Shown here in pieces: positions 25,601-37,700 of a stretch of 64,000 nt of DNA. Origin of the DNA: Diadema antillarum (taxonomy: Eukaryota); contig NW_027271035.1 in the NCBI RefSeq assembly GCF_040938485.1, forward strand, positions 2,480,001 through 2,544,000, in the 5' to 3' direction. How positions within the stretch are numbered: the first letter of the stretch is position 1; each line of letters begins with the position of its first letter. A program made the position numbers and the translations under genes. Below the pieces are notes generated by a model. It was not told the DNA's origin, did no database searches, and worked only from the letters and a program-made list of their open reading frames with translations.

Positions 25601-28600
25601 AGTCACACAGAAGAACAGTTTCCCTCAATGACTCAACACATATAATCACTTGGTAGCAACATACACTGTATATCTGTATTCACAGAAGGAGAAGAGAAAA
25701 TATAAACTTACTGTCATTGTTGTCTCTCTTCAGCTGTTCGAGAAGGAACTCAAGAGGATCCTGTGGTTTGCTTACGAGCAGTCCCTCGATCAAGTGCTGT
25801 ATGAGTGTAAGCATGTACATTTGAAGGAGAGGGTGTGTGTAGGCATATACACAAGAAAGAGAGAGGGGGGAAAGGAGAAAGAATGTAAGAAATTGTCATT
25901 CTTACTTTAGAGCTATTGCAACAATACATGACAAGACATGATATTTCGGTCTAAACCCTACTGCATTTCTGGATGACAATATCTCCAGAAGTCTATGTCA
26001 TCACTTGTCCACTCGTTCATGTTTTCACAGAAAGGACTGAACATCAGTGAAGTTGATAGTCTTGATTGACAAAGATCTATAGATTGAAATCATTTCGAAT
26101 GTTTTCAATTGATAATGATAATTCAATAATAATATATAACACTTATATAGCGCATAATACTGACGTTTCTAAGCTTTTACATAGCCAGTCTATTGTAGAT
26201 TGAGACAAATGATTGGTGTGTCACTTTGAAACATTGACAGGACACTATTCAAAGTCAGATCTAGATGCTGTGTATTGTACATTTATTTACAATGCTAAAT
26301 CTTAAAAGGGTGCATATACTGTAAAAATTTTAATTTTTCATCAATCTACGCTGTGTAATGTACATTTATTTACAATGCTAAATCTTAAAAGGGTGTATAT
26401 ACTGTAAAAATTTTAATTTTTCATCAATCTATGCTGTGTAATGTACATTTATTTACAATGCTAAATCTTATAAGGGTGTATATACTGTACAAATTTTAAT
26501 TTTTCATCAATCTACAGATATTTTCAGGGATGAAGAGGTCACAGACATTTTTGCAAACTGATGTTTTCAACTGACACCAAGGGTAATGTATTGTAATTGC
26601 GCAATTGCTGCCTGTCCATTCACTCTGCCACTTTACTGTAGAATACATGTACATGGTGATATTTTTGCATGTTGTAAAATAAGTGGCCCGACACCAACAG
26701 TGTTTCACAAAATTCACAAAAATTAAACCCTAGCAAAAATAACAGCTTTTACACTAAAAAGCTAATAGGGCTTACCTTGTCTAAATCTTAGCACTACATC
26801 CTGACTTATGGATCCTGCTGAGTATCTTCGTAGAAGTAGAAGTAGACTCTAGCAGGACATGTGCAGCAACATATACAAATCTACTTCAGCTGGTTCCATA
26901 TCGGGTAGATTTATAGTATGTAAATTACCAATGCTAAACATTAAACAGATACAGCATGAGCCATGACTGATTGACTCTGATTATCTGAAGTGAACAGTCA
27001 TTGTCACATTAAATTCTTGGCTTAACTGCAGAATATCGAAGCAGAATATTGCGTGTGCGTGGTGTGCGTGGTGTGCGTGGTGTTGGATCTCCCAATTCTC
27101 AATCATATTTATTTCCATTTCCTGTTGATTCGGTTTTTACAACATTATTGGACAGATTGACACTCTATACTTTTCATGTGGATTTTGCCAACGGATTGGA
27201 ATCCATCGTTTTTCTGAGCCCGACTAACAGAAAGGTGCTCACCAGGATGCTGGACAAGCCATGTCGTAGACAGTGAATCATAGTCCCATTGCATTCAACT
27301 GCGTGTATATAGTTTGCGGTGGATCTGCTCTGTGCTATATGGTTACGGACAGTCGCGGACAATTTTGACAAAGATGTAAGTTCAACACCACCTGACACTA
27401 TTTCTTACCTGGGGAGAGACCAACTCAGCTGATAGTCAGCGAGTCCCTCAATATTATCTTTGCACCTACACAAAACAGTATGATTTAATTCTATCAGAAC
27501 TTTTCTGGAATATATCATTCATGTGATCTCATGCAATAATATTGAACTGACTTAGCATTCTTTTTCTTGGAAAACCTGAACATACAAGACGTCATATCAT
27601 TTACGTCTTTCTTCTTGATATTTTGCCTGTGTCATCTCGATTACATATTCAATTCCCATTTTGATACGTACTTCAGAATTTCTATTTCATTCAAAATGGC
27701 TGGCCCCAACACCAGAGCCAAAACCAACGTAGACACCGCAATATATCAAGCTGCCCAGGATTATCTGGGATCCATACTGGGCCCTCTCCTGTTTCTTTTA
27801 TATATCAATGATTTATGTTATGTATCCTCCTTCTTTAATTTTGTGTTATTTGCTGATGATACCAATATTATTTCCTCTCACAGTGATTTTAAGTACCTTG
27901 TCTCTAAAACAAATACTGAGCTTGATAAAGTGTCTGAGTGGTTTGATGCTAATAAATTAATTGTTAATTACGAAAAGACAAGCGTTATGTATTTTCGTAA
28001 ACCCACAATATCTCATGTCTTAGATGAAGTTAAAATCAAGATGAATAATGTTCAATTATGTATATCAACATCAGTTAAATTTCTAGGTATTATACTTGAT
28101 GAAAAATTAAAATTTAACGAACACCGTTTTTTGATTTGTAACAAAGTTTCCAAAAATATTGGTATATTATGCAAATTACGTACTACGCTCCCTGAAAAGC
28201 AGCTATTTATGTTGTATAATTCTCTTGTCCTCCCATATTTACAGTATTGCACCATTACATGGGCAAATGCTGGTGTTACTCATTTAGATCCCATACACAA
28301 ATTGCAAAAGAAAGCTCTACGTATATACTCTAATTCTGCTTATTTTGCCCCTTCTCAGCCTCTATTTTTTCGTTTAAAAACCTTAACAATATATGATATT
28401 TATAGATTCAAAATCGCTAATTTAATGTTCTATGTTAATAATAATTTGGCACCAGTTAATATTTCTAATTTATTTCGCCACAATAAAGATGTTCACCAAT
28501 ATAATACTCGCTCACGTTTTAAATTCAATTATCCTGCAGCTAATAGTCACTCCATATTAAAATCTGTTAAGCATGCTGGTCCCCGTATCTGGAACAACCT

Positions 28601-29954
28601 TTCAAATGACATCGCTTCTTGTTCAACCATAACTTCTTTCAAATTTAAATTGAAGAATCTTTTGATTCATATATATAAAGAAAATAACCAAGTTCAATCA
28701 TTTTATTTGATTTGAATTCCAAAAGAATTTACAATAGTTATAATATATACTCATGAATTTTATTACCAAGAGGAATATATATGCATCATGTATGTGACTG
28801 TATTTATGGGGAGGGGGGGGGGGGAGGAGGCGCGGCGTCGAACTTCACTGGGCTAAGACCTCCTTACTTATTTTTTTCCATTTCAATGTATAGTATCTTC
28901 TGTGTTTTATGTACAATTTCAAACAGTTTATTATTTTACTTCATTTAAAAATTATGTTCACTTCGTCATGTACATGTACATGCATTCTATTTATCATTGT
29001 TATCTGGGGGCTTTACGCCTTTTCAAGCAATCGCTTTTTGTAGTCCCCGTTCTCCTCATCAATACTTCTTTTTTGTTTGCTATGTTGATCTCACAATGTA
29101 TTTGTTTTATGATGATTGAGATGAATAAACGAATTGAATTGAATTGAATTGAATTGAATTGAATATTCTGTCATGAGCTGAATGTGCGCAGTGCATGCAT
29201 GCGTGCATCCATACATAAGCTACACTTGTAGCAAGGGTAAGGTAGAATCAATTTTAGCTGTGTAGAGTGGTATGGTAATTGCAACCAGCACACATATATT
29301 AAAATTTATGTGCAACGATGTGACGGGCATTCTGCAGATGTTCCTTTTTTTTTTTTTTTTTTTGGCATTAATTTTGGGGTAGACCCGTACCTGTTAGACC
29401 CTAGAATATGGTCTAGATCCTATCTATTTCACAGACCACAATGTCATCATTCTACAACTATTGTAACAGTTAATGGACCCCATTATTTAACGTTAGAGTC
29501 TATAATAAATTTACGTGTTATGTAAAATCTATCCCATCTTTTCTACTCAAAAGAACAACCCGGCGCCTGCTCTGCAAACCAATGGAAACTTCAAAACTAT
29601 GATTTTCAAAAACATCTTTACTGATTCATTTTTATTTTGGTAGTGGGTTCTATAGTCTGATATTAATTAACAGATATTTCGGGATACGGCTTTGGCTCTG
29701 CCTTTGATTTAGCCACGGCCAGCCACTCTGGCTGCGATGACAATACAGCACACACAGTATTAAACGGGTGGGACCGTAATATCACTCAACACACAGTAAC
29801 AACGCACAACTTCAATAATTATCAAGTTTTTACAACAGATATCTTGGAAGTATACCAGTATTGCTCCTACCTTGTAAAGCTCAAATATGCCATGCCTTTC
29901 AGCATACGTTCCAAACTGAGGAGGGATTCTCAAAGGCTTTTTGGTTTGATCCAT
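19371..29954 (-). CDS. AK8: Adenylate kinase 8, 10 coding exons, 483 aa
   Basis: Exons in minus-strand order: 29871-29954, 25712-25796, 25035-25198, 24236-24386, 23302-23373, 22476-22679, 21869-22000, 21026-21115, 20441-20582, 19371-19698. All introns are GT-AG with consistent phases; total 1452 nt. N-terminus [17 protein letters not shown], a dimerisation-like helix ([13 protein letters not shown]) and two AK domains ([17 protein letters not shown]; [16 protein letters not shown]) match AK8 as I recall it. Confidence 0.95.
20074..20306. mobile_element. hAT-like MITE in AK8 intron 9
   Basis: CAGGGCTTGACA ... TGTCGAGCCCTG inverted termini; imperfect TSD. Confidence 0.55.
20441..20582 (-). CDS. 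AK8: AK8 exon 9
   Basis: [43 protein letters not shown]. Confidence 0.93.
21026..21115 (-). CDS. AK8: AK8 exon 8
   Basis: [30 protein letters not shown]. Confidence 0.9.
21869..22000 (-). CDS. AK8: AK8 exon 7 (P-loop 2)
   Basis: [32 protein letters not shown]. Confidence 0.93.
22476..22679 (-). CDS. AK8: AK8 exon 6
   Basis: [12 protein letters not shown]...[13 protein letters not shown]. Confidence 0.92.
23302..23373 (-). CDS. AK8: AK8 exon 5
   Basis: [24 protein letters not shown], 72 nt, phase 1-1. Confidence 0.92.
24236..24386 (-). CDS. AK8: AK8 exon 4
   Basis: [41 protein letters not shown]. Confidence 0.92.
25035..25198 (-). CDS. AK8: AK8 exon 3 (P-loop 1)
   Basis: [18 protein letters not shown]...AKGE. 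Confidence 0.92.
25712..25796 (-). CDS. AK8: AK8 exon 2
   Basis: [28 protein letters not shown]; acceptor catacag, donor gtaagt. Confidence 0.9.
26267..26515. repeat. 83-bp tandem repeat, 3 copies (AK8 intron 1)
   Basis: Units start at 26267, 26350 and 26433. Confidence 0.93.
27567..29163 (+). mobile_element. Partial CR1-group LINE in AK8 intron 1 (antisense to AK8)
   Basis: RT homology begins abruptly at [16 protein letters not shown] (27768), includes FADDT, and is open to 28715; the 3'UTR ends in a (GAATT)n tail at 29131-29163. Confidence 0.92.
29871..29954 (-). CDS. AK8: AK8 exon 1
   Basis: [28 protein letters not shown], donor gtagga, phase 0. Confidence 0.9.
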
Positions 29955-29990
29955 ATTTTATTACAAGTTGTTGATACACGGATGAACGTC

Positions 29991-30080
29991 GTTGCCATGC
30001 AAAAAGTTAGGCTTAGGACAAGGCGTTTCTTCAAAATAGAACAGGTCGGAGAACAAAGAGTACGGTTGCCCAATGATACT
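29991..30080. promoter_or_regulatory. Candidate RFX X-box sites near the AK8 start
   Basis: GTTGCCATGCAAAA (29991-30004) and GTTGCCCAATGATAC (about 30064-30078) resemble the X-box consensus GTTNCCATGGNAAC, within 130 bp of the ATG of a motile-cilium gene. Confidence 0.45.
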
Positions 30081-31387
30081 ATCACAACGATATTTTGTTG
30101 GACTTATTGGAAAATCTGCGCTCTTCGCTTTTTAATTCTGTTTTGCGTATCAGCGACGGTGGATGATCCTATCAATTTATGAATTAAAAAATTCCTATTC
30201 TCGCAGGAGAGGGAGAGAGAGAGAAGATATGTCGAGCCGGAGAGAGAAAAGGGAGAGAGATCTCGAGAAGAGAGGGGGAGAGATAGGCCTTAGGAGGCGG
30301 TTGAATAAAACGGCACGGTTACACTGTATCAAGACATGCGAAATACCATTTTTACGCTGGTGCCATCCGCAGACTCGAAAAGAATGATTTCATATTCTGA
30401 TTCCGTCCTTCATCATAATCAATACACACAATACATGTTAATGTTATCAACATTCTGTGTAGTTGCTCTGACGTGTGCACGATGAATAACGCGCAAGTTT
30501 GAGGGGCACGACACACAGGTAGTATGCCCCCTTATCGGGTTATTTGTAACCTCTCTCTTTTTTCCGACATTTTGCCGAGAAGCAGGGGCAAAGTAATGTC
30601 AATTAAACTTATTTTAATTGTTTTCATGTATCAAATTTGATAGATTTGGTTATATTTCATGGGGATGCCGACAACGATCCGAAATTCCGGCGACATGATG
30701 AAACCATAAACAATTGGTAAATCATAAACATAGACAGGTTCACAAAATTATCTTTTTTTTCCACATAAAAATACGTATACCTAATTAGCGACTATACCGT
30801 CATTGCTAAGCCATCATAACTTTACACTAACCCTACGAGAATTAGGGATGCACTGTCCTTGTTTGATTCAGCGAAACTCCGAGTGGCAGGCTCAACAGAA
30901 AATTACAGGGCGATGCCACAATCACTTCATCTATAAGTATCTATAAGTGAAAACACTAGTTTAAGAGGACGACGATTTTTTTTTTCCTGCGTTGGGGTGG
31001 GGTAGGGGGATTTGTAGTTCTCGTAGTGCTGTGTCAGGGTTCAATGCCCGTCGAGATCCCCCCTAACCTTTGGAAAGTCATGTGGNNNNNNNNNNNNNNN
31101 NNNNNNNNNNNNNNNNNNNNNNNNNNNNNNNNNNNNNNNNNNNNNNNNNNNNNNNNNNNNNNNNNNNNNNNNNNNNNNNNNNNNNNNNNNNNNNNNNNNN
31201 NNNNNNNNNNNNNNNNNNNNNNNNNNNNNNNNNNNNNNNNNNNNNNNNNNNNNNNNNNNNNNNNNNNNATAATTTGAGAGTCAAATATGTGGGTTAGGGG
31301 CTGAAGCCAGCCCACCCCGGCCCCTCCCTTGTTCCGTTACCCCTTCTTTTTTGAAAGCATGTGGATCCTTGTAATAACACAGCTTAA

Positions 31388-31675
31388 AGGGATGGTATAG
31401 CTTTGGTTGAGATGGGGCTTCAGGTTTCCAACTTTTTTTAATACATAATTAGAAACCTCTTATAAGATATGAAAGAGCATACAATTCTAAAAGGAATTCA
31501 AAGTTTATTCAATGAAAATTGTGAATCCAAAAACAAAGAGGTCCTAACAATAGGTGAGACCCATCTTTCACTGAGACCAATTTGTTGTACTTGGTTTTTG
31601 GATATCTCAGTCATTTCAAAACCAATTTTAATCAAATAGTAAACTTTGAATATTCCCCTTAGAATTGTATCAAAT
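31388..31675. mobile_element. Truncated Kolobok-type MITE (left end only)
   Basis: TTAA|AGGGATGGTATAG start with partial inverted arms; right terminus not found. Confidence 0.4.
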
Positions 31676-34584
31676 TGCGATTCCTGCCTACGTTCAAGTT
31701 GACCTTTACAGAATAGAGTAAAATCATGCGAAGATAAGAAAGTCATAGGATTTTCAATGTGTGCACAGTTTATTTTTTAACCGCTCACTCACTTTTGGAG
31801 AAATGGTGATGTCATCTCCTCATAGACCTCTCACCAACCTTTGCAGTGATCTTCGCACATTGAGATCCTATTTAGATGTGAAATCGAAAAGAACAAATCA
31901 CGTCCTTCACTTTGAATTATTGTCATCCGGTGTTAACCTGCTACGATGGCATTTATTTCCATTGGGACTGTGTAGTTATAATTGATAAAAAACACTATTT
32001 CAGTGATATTTGTGTCCATGCGCGCGCACAAAACCAAACGAAGAGTTTTCAGGTGATGTAATATCACTTCTTCATTAATGTCAGTTTTGGCTAGCACATA
32101 CAAAATTCTTACATGGCATAACTCTTTGATTTTATTTCCGTTGTTTGACAGCTCCTTCCTTCCTTAATGTACTCTATTTTTAAAGTAAATTTGCCCATGA
32201 TGGAGTGGAGTATCTATGTTTTCTTGTTTTTTAGCTTAGCTATTGTTGCTGTTGCAAACCACAAGACAGTCTTAAAGGCGTCAGTGATAGACCCTAAAAG
32301 TCCGATAGTCGATCACATGCTCCTTGTTCCATCCTAATGAAATAGCTGCGGTCATACATAACTGGATGATGTTCTGATATGGCGGAGGATGTGGCCTAAG
32401 TAAAGTTAAAGTACATCACAGTGGTTACACAAAGGGGAAAGGGGGGGGGGCTGCAGCTCAAGCCACACCCCTCCCCCTCCTGCGCATTAAAAATATCTAT
32501 GTTGGTTATTGCGAAAAAAAATAAAGATACAAGAGAAAAATATACTGCAAACCACTAAAAACACAGGGTTCAACAGAAGGTTCCATCACCAACTCGCCCG
32601 AGCCAGCCTGTATGCCACCTTTCCTTCACATACACAAACATTAAAAAATACATTCCGTGGCCCATGTATGAAATGCTCGCCTGCAGGCTGATGGCTCTTG
32701 TACGCCACTTGCGTACGACGTAAGGATACGATCGAGCATCGTGCATTAACCGCTGATCGGCTGAAAGGATTTCATCTTGGCCAATTCCCTCTCATCAAGG
32801 AAAATCAGAGGAGAATCCCGCCGGAATACAGGAACCAACCACACGGGGCTCGGCGAGAGAATAAATCAAGTCAAAAGACTGCATACCTTATACATGCAGA
32901 TCTATTCTGGCATAGATGAGGCAGTAAAAATGACTATCGAGAGATCGTTTTGGCTCGAAATATCACAAAATATGAAATTAATCTCTTTGAAATCCCTCTG
33001 TGTTTCGTAATTCGAAGAAAGAAACGATGAGTTGCTTGGATTGTTTTTTTTTTTTCTTTCCATCAGTGAATGAACTTAATCGTATGTGATATAATGACAT
33101 CAGGAGCAAAAGTACACTACGCCATCAATGCCGATTTTTTTTTTCAACGTATTCAGGTCCATTATGTGTGGGCGGAAGGGGGGGGGGTAGCATGCCTGAT
33201 CTCTCTATGTCTATAAAGAGATCAGAGAGGGGCTGGGGATATAGACAGAAGCTCTTTCTGTATGTTGTCATTTGCAGGGGTTAATGACACTGGAAATCAT
33301 GAACGTTGCTCGAGGATCAATGTTTCACATGAAGTGTAGGTGAAAGACCCTCCTCATGTATCATTTTGCTTCCATTCCCTGCCATATAAGTGTAGATCAT
33401 ATTATTCAACTTGCGTATATTGAATAAAAGTATAGCATACACAAGACTAAAAAGCATAAGGGGCCTGTTCATATGCCAGAAATCATGTATTTCTTGAATG
33501 TGCCACCGTAATATTACAATATCGGAATATCTCTCAAGTGTATACAGCCATCAAAAGATAGTTAAAAACGACTACCTGCAAAAATGATCTCCATACATCG
33601 AGATACATTACGAAAAAAACATCAGAATCGGAAAATGATGATTATGAAATATATCCCAACATCAAGCACGCACAGACACAAACATGCGCACACATTCGCA
33701 CACAGACTCACACGCGTACACACACACACGTATACACGCTACTGGAATGTGTAAGCAGTGAAGCAATTTTGGCCCCTTGAAATCGGTGGCGCTCTCGACG
33801 ATTTCCTTTGGTCTTTGTTTTTGTCGTTTGCATGTTTTTCATCATATCATTTTGCTCACATCCCTGATAGCCCTCCAAAAGAGCAGTGCTCAGTACACCA
33901 TGGTCAAAGTGTCTGTTCGCACACTCAGCTTGCGATGTCATACGACTTTTCAACTGACTTTAAACGTCTTAAACGAAACGGTGTGTTAAATCCTACGTCA
34001 TTCGATCTTTATCTCTCGGGTAGGTGGTAGGAATAACTGCAACAAATATCATATTGAAATCGTCTGTTACAGGTTGACTACTGGATTGATTTTTGACTTC
34101 GGATCTTTTCCGGCAGCCTTAAAGGCAAGATGACAGCTCAGATCGGCTAAAGAGGTTGAGTATACACCGTATCTTATTCATGATGTGAATGGAATGCTTG
34201 CTTGACATTTTTGAACTATCACTGCAGTTAAAGTGATTATGCCAATCTTTGGAAGATTCAACTTATGGGGAAGCGGTAGACGTCACGTTGCGTATTTTTG
34301 AAAAAAACAAACAAACACACACACACACTAATCCGAGCTATACTTGTAGACGGGTAGCCTTTAACACTTCAACGAACAGACCTCCTGTGAGCGCCGGGTT
34401 TAGGACGTGCGAGGCGCCGGAATGAGCCATCCGCATTGGCAGCGGATCAATGTATTCTCGCCTTTGTTATCACTTGGATGAACAAGAAGGAAGGTGCCTT
34501 GAACCAACAGTCTAGGAACTGACCAACAATATCTAATTGCAGTCACAGACTGTCACTGGACGTGTGTCGTGCGGGCTATGTAGG

Positions 34585-34768
34585 ATGGCGTGCGGAGGTG
34601 CCAGGCGCTGGCTCGTCGTGGCCGGTGCGATGTTCGTGCTCTTCCTCGAAGCTGGAACGGCCAAGTCGTTCGGCGTGCTCCTCGTCGACGTGACCCGAAA
34701 CCTCAACGTGTCGACAGGATTCGCTGGGCTCGTCTTTGGTTCTTCGCAGGGGCTCGTGTATCTCCTCT
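34585..34768 (+). CDS. SLC16/MCT exon 1
   Basis: MACGGARRWLVVAGAMFVLFLEAGTAKSFGVLL...QGLVYLL, donor gtaagt. Confidence 0.88.
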
Positions 34769-37700
34769 GTAAGTTCAGCATCACTATGTAGGCCTATATA
34801 TACGTCTTTCATGACGTTAAAGCTATGCTGCTACCACACAGTATTATGTATTTGTTGTGCTATAAGACTCTCCTAGCATGGGACTAGCTCAGGGTTACTT
34901 TTTTTTTCGGGGGGGGGGGGGTGGAAGGTGGAGACGGGGCGAGGGTTTAAGTCATACCGTTAAAATCATGCCCCACCACGCTTACTTTCTTTCGAATATT
35001 ATGATTCGATGACCATAGTGAACTATATAATTGGTTCAAACTGTTTGACATGTGAATTATCTTTGTAACCTCATTCAATAACGTCATAACCCTAACTGTG
35101 TCAAGGACATTGGAATGTGTGTTTAATGATATGGGTTTTTTACATTTGGTTTTTATATTTGGTTTTGGTTTTATTTCTGCACTTTTCATCATTCGATTAA
35201 AAATAACATCATGAATGATATTTTCTTAACATTTTCAAAACAAACTAACATAATCAATAATATGTTTCAACATTGCGGACGAAAGTAAATACAGTGCAAA
35301 CATAACTTACAAATCTCCTATCAACGATCATAAACGACGCCAGCTAAAAGGGAATGCTTATAAGGTGAAAAATGCATCAGACCACATATCGTAAGCGTGT
35401 GCTTGAAATGATAGTGGCCCGAGGAAGTGGTAGTGGAAAGAAGAATCGAAAAAGAGAGGGAGTGTTAAGTCTGATATTGTGAAAGGTGCATCGTGATAAG
35501 TGCGGAAGTGAATGGACCTCAAAATAATGGATAACTACGAATAAAAAAGGATTCAAAAATAATTGCATCAAAACCATAATGCAAATGAGATANNNNNNNN
35601 NNNNNNNNNNNNNNNNNNNNNNNNNNNNNNNNNNNNNNNNNNNNNNNNNNNNNNNNNNNNNNNNNNNNNNNNNNNNNNNNNNNNNNNNNNNNNNNNNNNN
35701 NNNNNNNNNNNNNNNNNNNNNNNNNNNNNNNNNNNNNNNNNNNNNNNNNNNNNNNNNNNNATAATGTGTTCTGTGCCAATTGGCACTCCAAGCAGACAAA
35801 GGGTTAAGAATAACGCGTAAAGGTCATCCATAAGGTCACACCAGGAGAGGGGTAAAGGTGACAGTATGAAGTTATCAGAGTATGTATTAGTTCGATACCG
35901 TAATGCCGTGCACTTGTTTAAAACTGATAATGCGTATTTGAACAAGATATTTCAAACAGACAAAAGACATGAAATTGAGATAGTCTATACGGTATACCAT
36001 AGAGCGGGACATGAGGGGGTACTAATAGAACCCATGCCCCCTGATACAGAAGTCTTCTGAGTGTGGCCTTGTATCCCTTCATTCATACCAGACTAAAGTA
36101 AAGTTGTGACAGGTGAACAAGAGGCGTGTTATCATGCATGGCATTAGGTCTGGCATCCTTGAAAATTGGTTGATCATTCTCCGAGAAGTCAACTATCAAC
36201 TGATGTTTTATAAAGGTGTGGGTTTGTTACTGAGATATGTTAAGTATATATGGGCATTTCCGTATCAAGTCTACAATATTAATCGCATAATGCAATAATT
36301 ACAATTATTATGACAACAGTATTAAACAAGGACCGAACAGCTGTGAACATAATGCGTCTTTTCCTATGGTGACCGCATTTATCGCGACTCGAGATTAGGT
36401 GTTGAAATAGCATTGTTGTGTTGAGCTAAGATCACAGATTTCACGTTATCAAGGATGGTACAATAATAACTAGAGAGGGGCCGTCAAAGGCGGCAGACCC
36501 ACGCCTAAGTACAAAGTCGGGGTAAACATAATGTGCATTCGGTCATCTACCAGAATTCGGCCACTTAATTGCCAGTGTGCTTTATCACCAGCCAGTGAGT
36601 TCTACCAAAGATCGTACACTGAAGTGTACGATCTTTGGTTCTACAGTCACATCACACGCAAATCACATAATTACACATACGGTATTAACACTCATTCACG
36701 TACAGGAAAGTCCTTAAGTCTCCTCCAAAAATCCAACGAAAATCCCAAATTCCACCGTCAAAAGTGCAGAATCGGAACTTTTCCAAGCGCGCGCGAATTA
36801 AGTCCAGTTTTAAGAGTATTGTCTACGCGACGGGTCGCGGAAAAAGCGCTAAAAATCGAGAAATACGCCGTTTTCTTGCGGGATATTTTGATTATAGCAA
36901 GCCGAGAGTGTGATGATATCAAAGGTCGTATGAGTGTACGATCTTTGATGGTATCCACAAAAGCAAAAAAGAAAAACAAAATTTACGTACCCCCTAGGCA
37001 ATTACCCCTATGATTAGTGTCTACGGGAATTATTCAATGCAAGGGTTGAATGCAAATGTCTACTGCACCAGTATTCGGCCACCAACGAGCGCCGCAACGT
37101 CCCCGGTGCAATTTTGCACCAACAGTGTAGAGCGCGATGCATTTTCAGCGGCCTTGCACACGCATTGACATTGAGCACGCATATCGTGCAGTGTGACTGC
37201 GACCGAGCAAAATGCTCCTCCAACGAAAAAAACAATCAATGTTAATTTGAAAAATCATCAAATATCAAAGGTCGTATGAGTGTACGATCTTTGATGGTAT
37301 CCACAAAAGCAAAAAAGAAAAACAAAATTTACGTACCCCCTAGGCAATTACCCCTATGATTAGTGTCTACGGGAATTATTCAATGCAAGGGTTGAATGCA
37401 AATGTCTACTGCACCAGTATTCGGCCACCAACGAGCGCCGCAACGTCGCCGGTGCAATTTTGCACCAACAGTGTAGAGCGCGATGCATTTTCAGCGGCCT
37501 TGCACACGCATTGACATTGAGCACGCATATCGTGCAGTGTGACTGCGACCGAGCAAAATGCTCCTCCAACGAAAAAACAATCAATGTTAATTTGAAAAAT
37601 CATCAAAATACGGGCCAGTTTGTGATGACGGAGAACGAACTTTCATAAATCTAGAAGGACATAGTCCCTCAAATAGGCCTAAACGTAAATTTCGGAATTC

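Noticed and set aside
26267-37607. Regularly spaced repeats (83-bp and 346-bp units) considered as CRISPR-like arrays
   Set aside because: Eukaryotic context, contiguous tandem units with no unique spacers, and no cas genes.
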